Of a DNA stretch of 64,000 nucleotides, positions 40,778 to 49,884 are shown in pieces. Position 1 is the stretch's first letter, and every line of letters begins with the position of its first letter. The translations under genes and the position numbers were made by a program. Source of the DNA: Desulfomonilia bacterium (GTDB lineage Bacteria; Desulfobacterota; Desulfomonilia; UBA1062); NCBI GenBank assembly GCA_050014195.1, contig JBEKDT010000001.1:32001-96000 (forward strand), read 5' to 3'. Below the pieces are notes generated by a model. The model worked only from the letters and a program-made list of their open reading frames with translations, did not search any database and was not told the origin of the DNA.

Positions 40778-42136
40778 TCACCCGAGAAAGTAGTCTTCCA
40801 TGATTTGCCGCGGGAGTAAGGCGGCCTTACGCTTAAGATCTTTGAAATCCAGCGCAAATAGAGGGCTTATCTCAAGGGATATACCCGGTTTCACCTCCAC
40901 CCCGAGCCTTTTCAGCCAAGAGGCATGCAGGGCGCTCTGAAGCTGCCGGGAGCTTTCCAGTGAATCCGCACCCGTAAGGTTTTTGACCGGTGCGAACTCC
41001 TCTTCGCGCACGACCTCCAGGGTGATGCTCTTTTCTGCCAACGGCAATGCATCGAAAAGGAATGTCTCAAATTTGATGCCCTCAATCTCTTTTGTCTTGC
41101 CGTCAGGACCTTTGGCAGAGATCATTTTTCTGGCGCGATGGAACGGCAGTCTGGTGTACTGGGCGGTGATCTCTTCGGCGAATGCACGTTCAATCACATG
41201 AATGGCAAGGTTACCCGCCCAGTGGAGCATCGTACCGTCCGGGCCATGAGCGTATCTCATGGTATCATCCAATTCACTGTACTCCACCAGCGTGGTCTTA
41301 GCGTTTATGGTGGTAATCACACCCATCTTCTCCTCATAGGCCACCTTCCTGACAACCTTGGAAGACATCCTCGCACCGGAGAGGTTATGGAGCCCGAGGA
41401 ACAGCGGGTCACATACCTTTGCCAGGGGATTATCCACCTGGAAGTAAAATATCTCATCGATGCCGAGATCTTTCATAAGGCTTAGGGCGCCACTCGATCT
41501 CAATGCCTCGAAGGTGCCTCCATGACCGTCCGGGTTCATGAAGAGCCCTCCATTCTCGGCCAAGACGAACTTCCCTTCCGGTGTGACCGATGGGAGCATA
41601 CCCTGGACGAAGATGTGCACATCACCCTGATCAAGACCGAAATATCTGTTCTCCTGAAAGTATTCCTTCGTAGTCACGTCGTTTTCCCGGGAGGTCATGA
41701 TGAACCATGGGATGGTGCACTGGAATTTTTGTTCGAGGGCGAGGATCTTTTCAGCAAAAAGGCGGAACAGACTTTTGCCCTTTACCGGCGTTACCCCCAC
41801 GACGCCCTTGGGTGCATCGATCCCCAGACGCGAGCCCTGACCCCCTGCAACAACGAGTGCAGCGACCTTGCCGGCCTTCAGAAGCTCCTGGCCGCGATCG
41901 ATATATGGTTGCGCCTTTTTTGATGAGGCGAATGTCCTAAGGATGATATCCGCCGGCTCCACATCGCCCCGGGGCGGCGTGTACAGGGCCTCTCCCCTGA
42001 TGAGCCTGCCGACCAGATCGAGATCGACCCCCTGAAGGTCCTTCATGATCCTCTCCTTTATCAGGGGGTTGCCATCACTGTTTAGAAGGCTTGCGATATG
42101 TTCCTGTCCCAGTTCCCTTAGCCTTTTGACGAGCAT
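40778..42136 (-). CDS. UDPGP type 1 family nucleotidyltransferase (UDP-GlcNAc pyrophosphorylase-like)
   Basis: AGGQGSRLG..PKG, PDGHGG, QVDN, KFETFLFD, EFAPVKN. Confidence 0.9.
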   Translation of the reverse strand: MLVKRLRELGQEHIASLLNSDGNPLIKERIMKDLQGVDLDLVGRLIRGEALYTPPRGDVEPADIILRTFASSKKAQPYIDRGQELLKAGKVAALVVAGGQGSRLGIDAPKGVVGVTPVKGKSLFRLFAEKILALEQKFQCTIPWFIMTSRENDVTTKEYFQENRYFGLDQGDVHIFVQGMLPSVTPEGKFVLAENGGLFMNPDGHGGTFEALRSSGALSLMKDLGIDEIFYFQVDNPLAKVCDPLFLGLHNLSGARMSSKVVRKVAYEEKMGVITTINAKTTLVEYSELDDTMRYAHGPDGTMLHWAGNLAIHVIERAFAEEITAQYTRLPFHRARKMISAKGPDGKTKEIEGIKFETFLFDALPLAEKSITLEVVREEEFAPVKNLTGADSLESSRQLQSALHASWLKRLGVEVKPGISLEISPLFALDFKDLKRKAALLPRQIMEDYFLG

Positions 42137-43361
42137 CCATAATCTCCCGTATTCGTTTTTCAACACCCGTATCCCTGGGGGTGTACAACTCAAGGTGTGG
42201 CAGGTTTTCCGGCAAATAGTCAAGGGTCAGCGCCCCTTTCGGGTCGTCATGCGCATAGATATATCCCTTGGAGTAGCCTATCTCCTTCATGAGCCGTGTA
42301 GGGGCGTTCCTTAAATAGAGCGGGATCTGCGGCGATCCGGTCTTCCTGATCAGGTCCTCCACCTTTTTCTCCGCCAGGTACACGGCATTGCTCTTGGGGG
42401 CGCAGGCGAGATAGATGGCCGTCTCGTACAAGGCGATCTCGCCCTCGGGACTTCCCACAAAGGTGAAGGCCTCCTTGGCGGCCACGGCCATGCGCAGGGC
42501 ATTGGGGTCGGCCATGCCTATGTCCTCTGATGCGATGCGGATCATCCTGCGTATGAGGAAGAGCCTGTCCTCACCGGCTTCCAGCATCCTGCCGAGCCAG
42601 TAGATGCTTGCATCAACATCGCTTGCCCGCACGCTCTTGTGAAAGGCCGAGATGAGGTCATAGTGGTTCTCACCCGACCTGTCATGGTACAGCGGCCGCT
42701 CCATGAGCCCCTTGAGGTCGTCGAGGTCGATGTATTCCTTATCAATATTCGTAAGTGCAAGTTCCAACAGGTTCAGGGCGGCACGTGCATCACCGTCGGC
42801 CGCTTTTGCCATGGCCGATATGCATGCATCGGAAATGGTCTTCTTCAGAGATATGATGGGCCCATCCCGCAAGACCGCATGCCTGAGAATCTCCTCTATG
42901 ACCTCTGCACTCAAGGCCTTCAGGATGATCACCTGTGTCCTGGACATGAGGGGGGAAGTGATGGCGAACGAGGGGTTTTCCGTTGTGGCGCCTATGAGGA
43001 TGATATCTCCGTTTTCCACAAAGGGCAGCAGCGCGTCCTGCTGTACCCGGTTGAACCGGTGGATCTCATCGATAAAGACAATGGGTTTCTTTTCGCTCTG
43101 CGCCGCTTTGCCCGTTACACGCCGGATCTCCTGGACACCGCCTGTCACGGCACTGATGGTGGAGAAAGAATCCGGATACATGCGCTCGATGATGCTTGCC
43201 ACACTGGTCTTCCCGGAACCGGGGGGACCCCACAGCATGGCAGAGCGCAGGTTGCCCCGGGCAAAGTCCTTCAGGAGTACGAGGGCGTCATCCTGTCCCA
43301 GGAGGTCATCCAGGCTCAGTGGCCTTACCCTGAATGCAAGGGGTGGCAGCTGCTTTTGCAT
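42075..43361 (-). CDS. rarA: Replication-associated recombination protein A
   Basis: WGPPGSGKT, DEIHRF, GATTENP, SAFHKS, SEDIG. Confidence 0.95.
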   Translation of the reverse strand: MQKQLPPLAFRVRPLSLDDLLGQDDALVLLKDFARGNLRSAMLWGPPGSGKTSVASIIERMYPDSFSTISAVTGGVQEIRRVTGKAAQSEKKPIVFIDEIHRFNRVQQDALLPFVENGDIILIGATTENPSFAITSPLMSRTQVIILKALSAEVIEEILRHAVLRDGPIISLKKTISDACISAMAKAADGDARAALNLLELALTNIDKEYIDLDDLKGLMERPLYHDRSGENHYDLISAFHKSVRASDVDASIYWLGRMLEAGEDRLFLIRRMIRIASEDIGMADPNALRMAVAAKEAFTFVGSPEGEIALYETAIYLACAPKSNAVYLAEKKVEDLIRKTGSPQIPLYLRNAPTRLMKEIGYSKGYIYAHDDPKGALTLDYLPENLPHLELYTPRDTGVEKRIREIMDARQKAKGTGTGTYRKPSKQ

Positions 43362-43539
43362 ATGATGATATATAGCATAAAATCACGCATGAAAGTAGAA
43401 AGAGAAAACCTTTATTTTTGTCCTTATGTGATTCCGAAACCTGACGATAGATATTAATAGGTTCTTCAAGATTCATTCCCCGTAGAACCTCCTCATATTA
43501 TGCAGGTCAAAAGCTGACCTGCTTTTTTTTTTGCAAAAC

Positions 43540-43569
43540 TTGACAAACCTTCTTCATTGATTGTAGAAG
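43540..43569 (+). promoter_or_regulatory. Putative sigma-70 promoter of the tRNA
   Basis: TTGACA-N18-TAGAAG just upstream of the tRNA. Confidence 0.5.
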
Positions 43570-43580
43570 ACTCGTTGTGG

Positions 43581-43657
<77 letters not shown>

Positions 43658-43689
43658 GCCTTTTCTTGTTAATCTGAATAGTTAGAATT

Positions 43690-44901
43690 TTACTTACCCT
43701 GTGAAACGGTGGTGCCCTCGTGGTGCCCCTTCTTGAGAGGTATCACTTTACCGGTCATCTTTTTGCGGATCTTCGATACCACTTGGAATGCACCATCATT
43801 GATCGCTTGGTTATATCGCTCGAAAGCCTTGTTCGTTCTATGCCCCGTGGCCTTCTTTGCCTCATCTGGTCCAAGCATGCGGGATGTTTCCGTGGTGGTG
43901 GTATGCCGGGTACCTGGATACAACGAGACACCTTCGAGCCCTATCTCCTTCGTAGCCCTGTTCCACCACCGAGCAAGATACTTATCGCTGAAAACAGAAC
44001 CCGGCTTGGCCCTGGCGCGCCCTTTGTGGTGACGAAAGAAAGGCATCTCCTGATTGATCGCAGGGAACTTATTCCGTATCTCCTCCCAGGCCTCCTGGTG
44101 CTCATCGAGGAGCTTGATTGTGATCCACGGCTGATTCTTTCGCTCGGACTTAGTAGGCTCGAATATCGTGATAAACCCATCCTGATAATCTCCCTCTCGA
44201 ATCCTTCTCAGATCATCAGGCCGCAACTCGGTATATGTTGCCAGCATGTCGATGCCGAGCCAGATCCTTGGATTAATCGAATAGGACATTTCTTTAACCT
44301 TATCGATCACTTGTCGTTGGATTTCCCAAGTAGTGATCTTCCGATAGCCGAGCTTATACTTGATAGGCTCAAAATCGGGCATCTCATTCTTAAGAATCGC
44401 CTTTCTCTTGCAGGCAAACTTCCAGAAACCACGCAGATGAACCTGGTAATTACTTCTCGTTTTTGCGCCTATATCGGGGATGGAGTTGAGAAAATCTTCT
44501 ATGGCTGGATCATCTATATCTCTAAAATTGGTAGCGCCCCAATAGTCAACAGCTAAATTAATGGTATGCTCGATTTTATCTATTGTTTTTAAATTCTCTT
44601 TGCGCTTTTCTTCGAGATATGAGGGGGCCAGTGCTTTGACAGACTTGGGGCGTTTCGCTCCATAGTCCTCAATGTCGAAATTCTCTTCACGCTCATCCTT
44701 CTCATAGCGGAGATGATTCAGCCACTTGGAGGCCACGCTATAAACGGTGAATTTTCTGGCGTGTTCTCTCCCGAACCTGACAAACATTCTCCGGGCTCGG
44801 ATCTCAGGATGAGCTGTACAGCACACGGCATTTCTAAGATTATCCTTCAGTCGCTTTCCACAGATCGGGCAATCTTCTCTAGTATAGATACCCCCTTGCA
44901 T
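43690..44901 (-). CDS. Tyrosine recombinase / integrase
   Basis: LRPDDL (R), GTRH, TGH, ERY (Y); start at MQGGIY after a GGAGG RBS. Confidence 0.88.
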   Translation of the reverse strand: MQGGIYTREDCPICGKRLKDNLRNAVCCTAHPEIRARRMFVRFGREHARKFTVYSVASKWLNHLRYEKDEREENFDIEDYGAKRPKSVKALAPSYLEEKRKENLKTIDKIEHTINLAVDYWGATNFRDIDDPAIEDFLNSIPDIGAKTRSNYQVHLRGFWKFACKRKAILKNEMPDFEPIKYKLGYRKITTWEIQRQVIDKVKEMSYSINPRIWLGIDMLATYTELRPDDLRRIREGDYQDGFITIFEPTKSERKNQPWITIKLLDEHQEAWEEIRNKFPAINQEMPFFRHHKGRARAKPGSVFSDKYLARWWNRATKEIGLEGVSLYPGTRHTTTTETSRMLGPDEAKKATGHRTNKAFERYNQAINDGAFQVVSKIRKKMTGKVIPLKKGHHEGTTVSQGK

Positions 44902-45025
44902 ACAACCGTCCTCCCCCCTGAACTGAGAAAGGCGATTATAACTCTGCATGGTCCGGTGGGCAAGCATCTTCATGGCCTCGCTATAGTGATGATCCAAGTG
45001 TCCTTCCTCCAATGCAGTAAAAATA

Positions 45026-45227
45026 AAAACCAATTTTCCTGCCTTCCCCCTTTCACAAACGACTGAAGGGGAAGGGAGGAACGACCGGAGAAAGGAAAGC
45101 CTGAAAGGCTCACCATATAAGAAAGTGGTCAAAGAATTTGACCATAGAAGACACCCGGAGCGTTGCAAGCAGCATGACAACATGGTCACATGTTGGCGTG
45201 CTGCTTTTTAAGCTAGCGGAGGGGGAC
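45026..45227 (-). repeat. Structured conserved-upstream element, copy 1 (before the integrase)
   Basis: AAGCAGCA...TTGTCATGCTGCTTGCAACGCT...GTGAAAGGGG...GGAAAA. Confidence 0.8.
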
Positions 45228-45341
45228 TTTTATTTTTTGTTGTTTCCTGTTTCAGTTAGATGAGAATCGATCTTCAGGTGAGAGTATTTTAATTATGGGT
45301 TCTTATTAGCTCATTACAGGGAGAGAGTATAACGATCGTGC

Positions 45342-45449
45342 GAGACTGTTGAAAAAGTCCGAATCACAAGATCTTGGCATATTTATGTGTATGAAAATCA
45401 ATCAGTTAAAAATCTATAAATGTGAATTTTGAGGTTTTTCAACAGTCTC
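45342..45449. mobile_element. 108-bp MITE with 15-bp TIRs
   Basis: GAGACTGTTGAAAAA ... TTTTTCAACAGTCTC flanked by TGC direct repeats. Confidence 0.8.
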
Positions 45450-45490
45450 TGCCATACTATGGATTTTGATATGGGATGTCCCAGAGTATA

Positions 45491-45553
45491 GATTACATCC
45501 GAGAACAGCTACTTTTCATGCCGTCTTGAAAGCGATCATTTATCGAAGATATC
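45491..45553. repeat. 63-bp imperfect palindromic site, copy E
   Basis: GATTACATCCGAGAACAGCTACTTTTCA-N8-TGAAAGCGATCATTTATCGAAGATATC. Confidence 0.65.
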
Positions 45554-45734
45554 AACAGTTTGATTGAATAAAGAAAAGAAAATCAATGTGATCTTTATCA
45601 AAAAATAATATCAATCAGTCTCTGCTTTTATCTTTTTGTCTAATATTGGTATTAACCACCCCAAGAAAAACTGCGGGGTTCCTAGCTATGGTCATCTCAG
45701 GAACTAGACAAAATAATTCCTTTTGTCTAGAGTT

Positions 45735-46523
45735 CTACAATTTTGGGATGATTACTAACTGGTTGGGTTCGCACCTTGCAGATTCTATTTGATCTTTCAT
45801 TTTTTTCAAGGTGTCTTGCCCAAAAAAACCTTCCTCGTAATGATTATGATATTGAATCAACTCAAGAGGTGTCCGTAGTCTGACTTTTTTGGTTTCTGTA
45901 CCTTTCCTCAAGCGCTTAAAATACTCATATGCCATCAGGTCGGCTACCTGCAATCCTACATGTTCTTCGGCCTTAGCAGAAGTGCAAGTGCCGAGGCGGT
46001 GTCGATATGAAAATGTCGGGTTATTTGCCAACCACTTGAAAAACTCGGGCGCTTGCTTATCAAATTTAGACCCTCCATCCAGGACAACGTCAAAATGCCA
46101 ATCGGCGGGAAAATCACTTTCATCTTCCATGTGCCTTGCAATCATGGCGATACAACTCTTAAAACACGCATACCAAGGATGTCCGAGCTTTTCACGGCCA
46201 ACTTCATTTATAATCCCTCGATATTCATCGGCACGCATTCCGCAATTGTAGGCGACCATTCTCTTCTTCTGACAATTGATAGCCTCTAGAAGGGCAGCGC
46301 TGTAGCAAACCTTCTTCTCTTCATCCCATCCGCTATATTCACCCCTTGTACCATTCAGCGGTTGCGCGTGGAAACGAGAAACACCAAAGCGACAATTGAT
46401 CGAATTCCAGTCCTTTTCTACCTCATTCCACGTCGGCTGATCTGAGAAAAAACCGCTTATGGCAAGAGCGTTTGGTGGTTCTCTACCATCGTAACTCTCA
46501 TCACAATAAAAAAGAAATTTCAT
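45735..46523 (-). CDS. DUF3800 family protein
   Basis: N-terminal YCDES and C-terminal LQVADLMAY. Confidence 0.8.
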   Translation of the reverse strand: MKFLFYCDESYDGREPPNALAISGFFSDQPTWNEVEKDWNSINCRFGVSRFHAQPLNGTRGEYSGWDEEKKVCYSAALLEAINCQKKRMVAYNCGMRADEYRGIINEVGREKLGHPWYACFKSCIAMIARHMEDESDFPADWHFDVVLDGGSKFDKQAPEFFKWLANNPTFSYRHRLGTCTSAKAEEHVGLQVADLMAYEYFKRLRKGTETKKVRLRTPLELIQYHNHYEEGFFGQDTLKKMKDQIESARCEPNQLVIIPKL

Positions 46524-46688
46524 ACATCCATTATGCTTGTGAAGCAGTTGATAAGTCATCAAATAATTGTTAAAGCACCAGAAGAACCGCATTGCATTCA
46601 TATCACCCCGGCGCGCAAGCTCCCGAAACACCTCCGTAAAGGTGTGTGTGTCATGCGTGGTTTGGTGTCTGCCTCGAACCGCTTGTTA

Positions 46689-47846
46689 TCAATCCTCTTT
46701 GACATTCAATTTAATATTCTCGGCTACAGTAAATGGTTGATCAAGGCCCAACAGAGTTAAGACCATTGTGCTTCCTGCGCCAAATGTTCCTTCTAATGCC
46801 CACATATAACTTCCAATAAGGAGATCTTCGATTCCATCATCATTCAGGTCAGCCCTAAGGATTTCATACAAATAAAGTCCCATGTAGCCATAATGAAGTG
46901 TCAATGTCAGAGGCGAAGAAGAAATAATTTTTATTTCCCCTTGAGTAATCAAATCAGAAATACCTACACCCTCAGCTTGCAAACGCTTCAATTCCCTATC
47001 GCCGCTTAGATCAGGTAACAGTGTAACCGGTAGGAGGTTAAAATTCGAGATACTTGCATTTAAATCCGAAATAAACCTTTTTCTAGGAACCTTCGCCTGG
47101 GCCAGAGCAACGACAAGAGAATAGACGTTCTTGAAGAATGTCTCCTCTTTAATATCATAAGTAGAACGTGCATGGTAGCCATCACGAATAGCTTCGACCC
47201 ATTCACGACAAGTATAAACTTTAATGCTTTCTTCATCAGACCAGGTTCCTCTTGCCATAGTCAAATAATCAAGCCCTTGAAACCTTGGTAAAATCGGTCG
47301 GTCATATAAGGAGTCAATATCAGTCGATGAAATAAATCCTTTTAGTTCGGAATCAACAAATGGAAGGGCTGTAAGGACTTCGAACATGTTCTGAGATCCA
47401 GAATAACCAACAATTAGCGAGTTAAGCTCATCACGTGAAATACGACCTTCATCCAAGGCAACTTGTAAAAGGATCATAAATTTATCTTTTTGTATTTGTT
47501 CCTTAATTTCAAGTTCAATTTTACATGCCTTGTTGAATTTACTCTCAGCGATAGACAAAAAGTGAATAGCCCTGCTTTTCGGTAGAATCTGACTTTTCTT
47601 TTGGAGATTACAGTGCCGGTGAGATGGAACAAGGTTAAGCAGGCTATCTACATCAAATTCGTTATCAAGCCCATATTCATCCAACAATTTTGCCAATTCC
47701 TCTGGTTGTTCCTTCAGGTAAGAGGGGATAACATGATCTATATCAAGGTCAGCAAAAGTAACAAACTCTGTACAATAGATACATCGATGGTCGTGTGCAT
47801 GCCAAATAGCAGCTCTTCTGGACGTTGGTAATGCTTTCCGGGCCAT
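46689..47846 (-). CDS. HNH endonuclease domain protein (integron cassette)
   Basis: CIYC...IDHVIP...NLVPSHRHCN. Confidence 0.85.
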   Translation of the reverse strand: MARKALPTSRRAAIWHAHDHRCIYCTEFVTFADLDIDHVIPSYLKEQPEELAKLLDEYGLDNEFDVDSLLNLVPSHRHCNLQKKSQILPKSRAIHFLSIAESKFNKACKIELEIKEQIQKDKFMILLQVALDEGRISRDELNSLIVGYSGSQNMFEVLTALPFVDSELKGFISSTDIDSLYDRPILPRFQGLDYLTMARGTWSDEESIKVYTCREWVEAIRDGYHARSTYDIKEETFFKNVYSLVVALAQAKVPRKRFISDLNASISNFNLLPVTLLPDLSGDRELKRLQAEGVGISDLITQGEIKIISSSPLTLTLHYGYMGLYLYEILRADLNDDGIEDLLIGSYMWALEGTFGAGSTMVLTLLGLDQPFTVAENIKLNVKED

Positions 47847-47865
47847 GCTACTCACCTGACTGGCT

Positions 47866-47927
47866 CGATAACATGAAGGCACAGGAAGCCGGATTTATCG
47901 ACGATTCGGTGCACCGCTTGGTTCTGC
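47866..47927 (-). other. Integron attC site
   Basis: Minus strand GCAGAAC-caagcggtgcaccg...ctgtgccttcat-GTTATCG, 62 bp, directly after the upstream gene's stop. Confidence 0.75.
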
Positions 47928-47937
47928 AGTTCCATGT

Positions 47938-49428
47938 TCACGTAGAGTTCTGGCCTTTATCCGAAAGGCGATCCTTGATCCAAAAGTAATGCATGAAAAC
48001 ATAGTCCCATACAACCCCCACTAATTCCCTAACAGGCTCACCGCACCCCAGCTCCATCGGAACAGATTTGGTCTCAAGAATACTGTGGAGTCTCTGCAAT
48101 GCATCAAGTTCTGGGAAATGATCGATCGTTCGCTCTGATGTGGAAAATCGCCTAAGTTGTTTTATGAGTTCCTGCGAGGCCAACTCTTTTTCCTCCAGAA
48201 GAGCTTTTGCCGCCAAGCGGGTGGCACCGATCATCGTCTCGACTTGCAGGCTACTCTCTGGAACATACTTGTATTGCTTAATAGCTGCCACGATTGGCCC
48301 AATAAGCTCTAAACGTTCACTCGTTCCAGTCTTCTCGTCCGATAGTATTATACAAATCTTCTGAAAACGCTCTTGATTTGTAATCAGTTTATCCTCTAGG
48401 CCAGCATTCTCGGCCAATTCCGCACCAGTCAGAAGCGTGCCAAGGCAAAGCTGAAATATCTGGCGACCGTATGAAAGGAGTGACTGATATAATGGACCTT
48501 CGCTTTTCTTTTGTGAATCCGTGGCGACAAAGCGCAACTGCCGGGCATGGCCTTCGTGCACGATTCGGGATCGGGCGTCATAGAATTGCCGTGCCCAGAT
48601 GGCTAATCGTGGAATTCTTCCCAATAGCAACGAAATAGCATCGGTCAAACGATCAGTCTTTTCATCTATGGGCAAGCTTAACAACGCTTCAAAAGCAATA
48701 GAAAGATTTACAATTGCCGCGGGCTGATCATTTGCTTCGTTGTTGGCTTCATTGAACCAGCGGAGCGCAGTAAAGATGCGCAAAGATGATGATGTTTCAG
48801 GTTTTTCAAGTAATTTTCTCAGTAATCTGTAGTCTATCCTTCCATCGGCAAGACAAGCGAGGTCAAAGCTCAAGTCCTGTGAATGATTAAGAGTCAGCTG
48901 GGGCTTTGGGCCATAAAGGCGTGAACCCTTAGCCACCCAAAAATGATGCTTAAAATTGTATAATCCCGCATAACCCTCGACTTGATCATGTTTGTCAGCT
49001 TCCAGATTAGATTCAGAATCAATCATATCTACATGAAAATCAGGACGAACGAGAGATGCTGGCACCTTGCATGGCGTGAGGATTGCTATGCTGGCGTGCT
49101 CCGATGAAAGAAAGAGATCGCCGAACTCGTGACGTGGCAAAGCATAGCAGTATGCAATGACGGCTTGAACCTTTGTGAGATGCTGCACATCAACAGGCGA
49201 ATGGCTTAGATCCACAAAGGGTATAACCGCATAGGACGCAGATTTTATGCGGAGGTTGTCCTGCAAGAAAAGCATTTCCGAAATTTCGCGCACACATGCG
49301 GCTTGCACGAGGGAAAGACCGTCTACATCGTCAGTCGAACGAAATGACACCCCCCCGATAGTCACCTTGTCTCTTGTTTTGAGAAATGGAAAGACAGCGA
49401 AGCTGTAAATTTTGTCAAGTGTTTCCAT
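47938..49428 (-). CDS. HEPN/ApeA-like domain protein (integron cassette)
   Basis: IAFEALL ... FYDARSRIVHEG (RxxxxH). Confidence 0.7.
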   Translation of the reverse strand: METLDKIYSFAVFPFLKTRDKVTIGGVSFRSTDDVDGLSLVQAACVREISEMLFLQDNLRIKSASYAVIPFVDLSHSPVDVQHLTKVQAVIAYCYALPRHEFGDLFLSSEHASIAILTPCKVPASLVRPDFHVDMIDSESNLEADKHDQVEGYAGLYNFKHHFWVAKGSRLYGPKPQLTLNHSQDLSFDLACLADGRIDYRLLRKLLEKPETSSSLRIFTALRWFNEANNEANDQPAAIVNLSIAFEALLSLPIDEKTDRLTDAISLLLGRIPRLAIWARQFYDARSRIVHEGHARQLRFVATDSQKKSEGPLYQSLLSYGRQIFQLCLGTLLTGAELAENAGLEDKLITNQERFQKICIILSDEKTGTSERLELIGPIVAAIKQYKYVPESSLQVETMIGATRLAAKALLEEKELASQELIKQLRRFSTSERTIDHFPELDALQRLHSILETKSVPMELGCGEPVRELVGVVWDYVFMHYFWIKDRLSDKGQNST

Positions 49429-49441
49429 CCCTCTCCTTACC

Positions 49442-49545
49442 GCCGAACGTACTATATTGCACGTTTGCTTCACATACTAATTAGCCGAAGCAATTTTGCA
49501 CTATATCCGGATATGAAATGTAAGGCAATATGCTGTTAAATTACT
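49442..49545 (-). promoter_or_regulatory. Pc/attI-like leader of the cassette array
   Basis: TTGCCT-N17-TATAGT then GTTCGGC core site; homologous to 53490-53595. Confidence 0.5.
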
Positions 49546-49602
49546 TGAACCATATCTTTCGTGCCATTATCGCTACTCCAAGCATGGGGCCTGAAAAGTA
49601 AA

Positions 49603-49665
49603 GATATCTTTAGCAGATCATCGGTTTTTGGATATACTCAAACACGATCATTTATCGAAGAAATC
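49603..49665. repeat. 63-bp imperfect palindromic site, copy F
   Basis: GATATCTTTAGCAGATCATCGGTTTTTG-N8-CAAACACGATCATTTATCGAAGAAATC. Confidence 0.65.
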
Positions 49666-49884
49666 TCTGTTTCTGCATGTGAGCGAATTGATCTTATAGA
49701 TCTATGGAATCATACTTGTTTAGTGTTCGGGTTATGATGATTAAAAATAATTCAACAACCATTAAAAAATAACAAAAATATTAGAAACTTATACATGATT
49801 CATACATGTTCCTGTTCTTTATTTTTAGAATATGAATATTATTTTTTATTTAAATTTTATTTAAATTTAATATAAGTACTTACT

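Noticed and set aside
43690-44901. Integrase as the integron integrase for the attC sites
   Set aside because: No IntI-like motifs recognised; its position against a tRNA indicates an island integrase
44902-45189. N-terminal extension of the integrase in the ORF track
   Set aside because: It runs through the non-coding structured repeat; a better RBS and ATG lie at 44901
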